Positions 42,295 through 46,800 of a DNA stretch of 46,800 nt are shown in pieces; the stretch's first letter is position 1; the number at the start of each line of letters is the position of its first letter. Origin of the DNA: a virus (lineage: Duplodnaviria; Caudoviricetes); IMG/VR virus record IMGVR_UViG_3300037483_001799, positions 1 through 46,800 of that record; one strand, given 5' to 3'. The notes under the pieces are model-generated. The model ran no database searches, was not told the origin of the DNA, and saw only the letters and a list, made by a program, of their open reading frames with translations. A program made the position numbers and the translations under genes.

Positions 42295-42779
42295 TCGCCC
42301 ATGACCGCGAGACCGGCGCGGAATCCATCGAGGGGCTGCGCGTCTATCCGCGGGAGGTTCCGGCCGAGGCCATCCGGCGGCTCGGCGATGGTCGCCCGGC
42401 GCTGCGGCCGGTGGTGGAGATCGTGCCGGACCATGATCCCGCCACCCACAGGCTCACCGGCGAGGTGACCCGGGTCATCCTCGCCGACCGGGTGGAGGAG
42501 ACGCACGAGGTCGCGGCCCTGACGGAAGGGGAGCTGAAGGCGCGGTCTCTCCCCACGGTGGAGGCCACCGTCGATGCGCTGATCCAGGTGGTGGACCTGC
42601 TCGCCCAGTGGTACCGCGCGCGCAACGCCTGGCTGGCCCAGAGAGGGATCGTGAAGCCGGATCTGCTGCCGCAGGAGGGCCTCGATACGCTCACCGCCTG
42701 GCGCACTGCGCGCCGCGCCGATCCGGTGCCGCCGCGCGCCGTCGGCGAGCACGTGCCCGGCAGGCCGCTCGGCGAGTGA
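42276..42779 (+). CDS. Hypothetical protein, possibly tail fibre assembly
   Basis: GGAGG RBS; P.HDPATHRL...V...V.ALT..E pattern seen in fibre-associated proteins. Confidence 0.55.
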   Translation: MPRYAVIAHDRETGAESIEGLRVYPREVPAEAIRRLGDGRPALRPVVEIVPDHDPATHRLTGEVTRVILADRVEETHEVAALTEGELKARSLPTVEATVDALIQVVDLLAQWYRARNAWLAQRGIVKPDLLPQEGLDTLTAWRTARRADPVPPRAVGEHVPGRPLGE

Positions 42780-42791
42780 GGGATCTGACCC

Positions 42792-43400
42792 ATGCCTGAT
42801 CCCGCGCTCTCCCAGGCGATCCGGGAGGCCTATGCCGCGGCGCCCTCCGAGGTGGTGATCCTGCATACCCTCGAGATCCGGCATCCCGGGTTCATCGAGC
42901 CCATCCGGGTCGTGCGCAACTTCCCCGACCGGCAAAGCTGGATTGCGCTCGGCGGGGCGGCCATACAGGCGGTGCTCGACGCCATGGCGCCGGAGGACCG
43001 CGAGATGGTCGGGCTGGTGGCGCGCCTCGAGGGCTCGGCGCCGGCCGATGCGGGTCAGCTGGTGCCGTTCATCGCCCTCGCCTTCGACCTCGAGCTGCCG
43101 CCGGTCGAGAACGTGCCGGTGCCGGAGGCCGTGCTCACCATCGACAACGTGGGCCGCGAGATTACGGACGCGCTGGAGGCGGCGGCCACCAGCCAGCACA
43201 GGATCGAGGTGACCTACCGGCCCTATCTCTCGACCGATATCGAGGGGCCGCAGATGGACCCGCCCTTGACCCTCACCCTCTCCGATGCCCGGGCCAGTCC
43301 GCTCAAGGTGACCGGGCGGGTCCGCATGCTCGACTTCGGCAACAAGGCGTTCCCGTCCGCGGTCTACACGGCGAAGACGTTCCCCGGCCTCGCGCGCTGA
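42792..43400 (+). CDS. DUF1833-like tail tip protein
   Basis: S.AIREAYA.AP...TLEIRHP...IDNV...YRPYLS.D...P...FPGL. Confidence 0.85.
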   Translation: MPDPALSQAIREAYAAAPSEVVILHTLEIRHPGFIEPIRVVRNFPDRQSWIALGGAAIQAVLDAMAPEDREMVGLVARLEGSAPADAGQLVPFIALAFDLELPPVENVPVPEAVLTIDNVGREITDALEAAATSQHRIEVTYRPYLSTDIEGPQMDPPLTLTLSDARASPLKVTGRVRMLDFGNKAFPSAVYTAKTFPGLAR

Positions 43401-43413
43401 ACGGCTCGATCAT

Positions 43414-43821
43414 ATGACCCATTGGGCGGCGGCCTATATCGGGACCCCGTGGTCGGCGACCGGCGAGGGACCGGAGAGCTATCACTGCTGGGCCTTCGTC
43501 CGGCACGTCCAGGCGGTGCGGTTCGGCCGCACGCTGCCGGCGATCCCGAACCCCGAGGACCTGCTCGCCCAGGCGCGCGTGTTCCGTGCCCATCCGGAGC
43601 GGGCGCGCTGGCGGCGCGTCGAGCGGCCCGAGGAAGGCGACTGCGTGCTCCTTCGCCGGGCCCGCTATCCGGTGCATGTCGGGGTGTGGATCGCCATCGA
43701 CGGCGGCGGCGTGCTGCATTGCTCGCAGGATTCCGGGGTGGTGTTCCAGCGCCCTCCGGCCCTGGGCCTCAACGGCTGGATCATCGAGGGAGTCTACCGG
43801 TTCGCAGGGGGTGACGCATGA
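43414..43821 (+). CDS. NlpC/P60 tail tip protein
   Basis: YIGTPW...GP.SYHCWAFV...HVGVW...VLHC. Confidence 0.88.
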   Translation: MTHWAAAYIGTPWSATGEGPESYHCWAFVRHVQAVRFGRTLPAIPNPEDLLAQARVFRAHPERARWRRVERPEEGDCVLLRRARYPVHVGVWIAIDGGGVLHCSQDSGVVFQRPPALGLNGWIIEGVYRFAGGDA

Positions 43822-46193
43822 GCGCCGTTCCGGCGGTCCTCGCCCGGCCGGGCGTGGTGGTGCAGCTGGCCAACGCCTTCGATCCATCGCGGCACCGCAT
43901 CATCGAGCCGGTGCCGGTGCCGGTCTCGGTCCGCGGCTGGCTGGATGCGAGAGGGATTGCGGAGTTCCCGCAGCCCACCATCTGCCTGTTCAACGGCGCA
44001 GCCCTGCTGCGGGCGCAATGGACCGAGACGGTGATCGGCCCGGGCGACGTCTGCGCCTTCGTCGCCCTGCCGCAGGGCGGCGGGGGAGGCGGCGGCAAGA
44101 ATCCGCTCAAGACCGTGCTCGCCATCGCGGTGATGATCGCCGCCCCCGAGATCGCCGCCTGGATGGCGCCCGAGCTCGCCGCCGCGGCCGCCGCCTCGAC
44201 CTCGGCGTTCAGCGGCGCGAGCCTGGCATTCGGGGCGCTCAAGGCCGGGATCGCCATCGCCGGCACCGCGCTGATCAACGCGGTGATCCCCTCGCCGCGG
44301 CCGGCGACGCCGCAGCTCTCCTTCGGCGGTGCCGGCTCCACCCCGGCGCCGAGCCCCACCTATACGCTCACGGCCCAGGGCAACCAGGCCCGGCTCGGCC
44401 AGCCCATCCCGGTGATCTACGGCCGGCACCTGGTCTATCCCGACCTCGCCACCGATCCCTGGCAGGAATATGTGGAGAACCAGCAGTTCCTGCACCAGCT
44501 CCACGTGATCGGCCAGGGCGAGTACGAGATCGAGGCGATCCGCATCGAGGACACCCCGATCGCGAGCTTCGCGGAGGTCCAGACGGAGATAGTCCCGCCC
44601 GGCGGCGCCGTGACCCTGTTCGAGGTCAACGTGGTGACCGCGCCCGAGGTGGCCGGGCAGGAGCTGCTGAAGGACGCACCGGTGGGTCCGTTCGCGGCCA
44701 ACCCGGTGGATACCGCAGCTGACTCTCTCGGCATCGACATGGTGTTCCCGCGCGGGCTCTACTTCACCAACGCCACCGGCGGGCTCGACCCGAGGACGGT
44801 CAGCTGGACCGTGGAGGCGCGGGAGATCGATGCCGACGGCGTTCCCCCCGGTGCGGGCAGCTGGGCCGTGCTCGGCGCCGAGAGCCATACCGCGTCGACC
44901 AGCACCGCCATCCGGCTCTCGTTCCGCTATCCGGTCACCCCGGGCCGGTACGAGGTGCGCCTCACCCGGACGGACGTGAAGGACACCGACGCCCGGGCCG
45001 GGCACGAGGCCCGCTGGGGGCAGATGCGCGCCTACCTCGCCGAGGTGCCCGCGTTCGAAGGGCTCACCCTGCTCGCGGTCAGGATGCGGGCGACCGACAA
45101 CCTGTCGCAGCGCTCATCGCGGCTGATCAACGCGATAGTGACCCGCAAGCTGCCGGCCTGGGATCCCGTGACGCAGAGCTGGGGCGCGCCCACGGCGACC
45201 CGTTCAATAATCCGGGCCATCGCGGACGTCTGCAAGGCGGCCTATGGCGCGGAGCGTCCCGATGCGCAGCTGCCCCTCGATGACTGGGCGGCCCTCGATG
45301 CCGTGCTCGATGCCCGCGGCGACCGGTTCGATGCGGTGTTCGATACCTCCATCACCGTCTGGGAGGCGCTCAACCGCATCGCCCGCTGTGGCCGTGCGGT
45401 GCCGATCCTCCAGGGCGGCCGGATCCGCATCATCCGCGATGCGCCGCAGTCGCTCCCCGTCGCCCTGTTCGGGCCGCGCAACATAATCAGGGGCTCGTTC
45501 GAGATCGAGTACATCATGCCGGGCGAGGAGACGGCCGATGCGGTCACGGTCGAGTTCTTCTCATCGCGCACCTGGAAACCGGACGAGGTGACGCAGAAGC
45601 TCGCGGATTCTGCCGGCGACAGGCCGGCGCGGGTGCAGCTGTTCGGCTGTACCGATACCGCCCATGCCAGCCGGGAAGGGCTCTACGTCGCCGCCAACAA
45701 TCGCTATCGCCGGCGCTTCGTCCGGTTCCGCACCGAGCTCGAGGGCATGATCCCGCTCTATGGCGACCTGATCGCGGTTGCGCACGACATGCCGCGCTGG
45801 GGCCAGGGCGGAGAGATCACCGCCTGGACGGCCGACGGGGTCGAGGATCCCGGTGCGCAGCCACCGTGGGCGAACGCCGTGCTCACCCTCTCCGAGCCGC
45901 CGGTGTGGACCGCCGGGGCGGCGCATTACATCGCGCTTCGCAGGCGCGACGGCTCGGTCGCCGGGCCGTACCAGGTCGAGGCGGTGCCGGGGAGCAAAAC
46001 TCGAGTCCGGCTGGTCGACGACCTGGAGATCAGCCCCTCGGTCGGCACCGCCGAAGAGCGGACCCATTACAGCTTCGGGCCCGGCGTCGAATGGGCCCGG
46101 CTCTGCCGTCTGATCGGCACCCGACCGCGCTCGGGCGGCGAGCAGGTCGAGATCGTCGCCGTCACAGAGGACGAGCGGGTGCACGCGAACTGA
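43818..46193 (+). CDS. Host-specificity / central tail hub protein (gpI-gpJ-like)
   Basis: LPQGGGG, NQARLGQPIPVIYG, FPRGL, GRYEVR..R, ATDNLS, RFDAVFD, GDLIAV. Confidence 0.9.
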   Translation: MSAVPAVLARPGVVVQLANAFDPSRHRIIEPVPVPVSVRGWLDARGIAEFPQPTICLFNGAALLRAQWTETVIGPGDVCAFVALPQGGGGGGGKNPLKTVLAIAVMIAAPEIAAWMAPELAAAAAASTSAFSGASLAFGALKAGIAIAGTALINAVIPSPRPATPQLSFGGAGSTPAPSPTYTLTAQGNQARLGQPIPVIYGRHLVYPDLATDPWQEYVENQQFLHQLHVIGQGEYEIEAIRIEDTPIASFAEVQTEIVPPGGAVTLFEVNVVTAPEVAGQELLKDAPVGPFAANPVDTAADSLGIDMVFPRGLYFTNATGGLDPRTVSWTVEAREIDADGVPPGAGSWAVLGAESHTASTSTAIRLSFRYPVTPGRYEVRLTRTDVKDTDARAGHEARWGQMRAYLAEVPAFEGLTLLAVRMRATDNLSQRSSRLINAIVTRKLPAWDPVTQSWGAPTATRSIIRAIADVCKAAYGAERPDAQLPLDDWAALDAVLDARGDRFDAVFDTSITVWEALNRIARCGRAVPILQGGRIRIIRDAPQSLPVALFGPRNIIRGSFEIEYIMPGEETADAVTVEFFSSRTWKPDEVTQKLADSAGDRPARVQLFGCTDTAHASREGLYVAANNRYRRRFVRFRTELEGMIPLYGDLIAVAHDMPRWGQGGEITAWTADGVEDPGAQPPWANAVLTLSEPPVWTAGAAHYIALRRRDGSVAGPYQVEAVPGSKTRVRLVDDLEISPSVGTAEERTHYSFGPGVEWARLCRLIGTRPRSGGEQVEIVAVTEDERVHAN

Positions 46194-46230
46194 ACCGGGG
46201 GCGCGTGATAGTTACCGGAAAGGAAGCGCC

Positions 46231-46545
46231 ATGAACCGTCCGAGCCTCTCCGGTGGCCACATCGTCATGCCCGAGGCCGACCCCGGATCGTTGTCCGGGG
46301 CAAGGTTCGAGCAGCTGCTGGAGCTCGCGGCCGAGCGCGGTGCGCGGAAGGCCCTCGAGGATATAGGCCTCGACGGCGAGGACGCCGCCGCCGACATTCG
46401 CGATCTGCGCTCCCTGCTGGGTTGCCTGCGCCTTGCCAGGCGGACGGCCGTGCAGACCGCTGTCCGGCTCGTCACCACCGGGATCCTGCTTGCCCTCATG
46501 GCCGGCATCGCCATCAAGCTGAAGCTGTTCGGCCTGCCGTCATAG
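46231..46545 (+). CDS. DUF6127-like holin-position membrane protein
   Basis: AAERGARKAL..IGL...A..DI.DLRSLL plus a C-terminal TM helix; follows the tail hub. Confidence 0.7.
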   Translation: MNRPSLSGGHIVMPEADPGSLSGARFEQLLELAAERGARKALEDIGLDGEDAAADIRDLRSLLGCLRLARRTAVQTAVRLVTTGILLALMAGIAIKLKLFGLPS

Positions 46546-46800
46546 ACGTGGGCTCTTTCGCCGGCGCTCCCGTGTGCGCGGCTCCCCGGAATTACGGCCG
46601 ATCGGGATCTGTATGCCGGCACCGAACTCGCAGACGATCTGATCGTCGGTCCAACCTTCCTGTCGGAACAGGAAGATCGCGCGGGCCATGAGAACGGCCC
46701 CGATCGAGGCACGACTGATCCCTGCCAGGGTCAGGTTGTCGATCGATCGCGCGATGATGGCATCGATATCCTCGGCGTCCCGGTCTTCATGGTCGGCCAT
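46540..46800 (-). CDS. Hypothetical protein at window edge
   Basis: ATG at the last bases; upstream context missing. Confidence 0.4.
   Translation of the reverse strand: MADHEDRDAEDIDAIIARSIDNLTLAGISRASIGAVLMARAIFLFRQEGWTDDQIVCEFGAGIQIPIGRNSGEPRTRERRRKSPRL

Larger units (their letters stand above)
1..46800. mobile_element. Lambda-like temperate prophage (siphovirus type), clipped at both ends; integrase/att and endolysin not in window
   Basis: Complete lambdoid gene order from repressor/cro through replication, cos, terminase, portal, capsid, tail tube, tape measure and tail tip to a holin-like gene. Confidence 0.95.

Noticed and set aside
38872-46193. Diversity-generating retroelement or invertible tail-fibre switch
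   Set aside because: No reverse transcriptase or invertase, and no template/variable repeat pair or inverted crossover sites seen
1-46800. Integrase, att sites, endolysin, tRNA or rRNA genes
   Set aside because: None recognisable by eye; integrase and lysin probably lie outside the window

Overview
The whole window reads as most of a temperate, lambda-like (cos-packaging, long non-contractile tail) prophage with high GC. An alphaproteobacterial host is inferred from the gene families; no host genes are visible. Gene order: leftward immunity operon (S24/CI-like repressor plus three cargo genes); cro-like and AlpA-like genes; recombination/replication module (AAA ATPase, SSB-like, PD-(D/E)XK nuclease, RecD-like helicase, Toprim-DUF927 primase-helicase); a 9-bp-repeat palindromic origin candidate; RuvC-like resolvase and a putative late regulator; cargo (thermonuclease, higBA); a lambda-like cosQ/cosN site; a DNA-modification cluster (PP-loop protein, HNH, ParB-N4/N6 MTase, C5 MTase with an overlapping ORF); small leftward genes; terminase, gpW, portal, protease-capsid fusion, head-tail genes, tail tube, frameshifting tail chaperones, tape measure, tail tip and a holin-like gene. 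No integrase, att site or endolysin is visible; the window starts on a stop codon and ends on a start codon, so it is probably clipped. The most unusual element is a translationally coupled tail cassette at 38872-42779: tail fibre, a T-even gp38-like glycine-rich adhesin with Cys-rich loops, and two tandem QueC-like PP-loop/Zn enzymes with no other deazaguanine genes. This is a candidate system for chemically modifying a receptor-binding protein. All family assignments come from motif recognition by eye, not from database searches.
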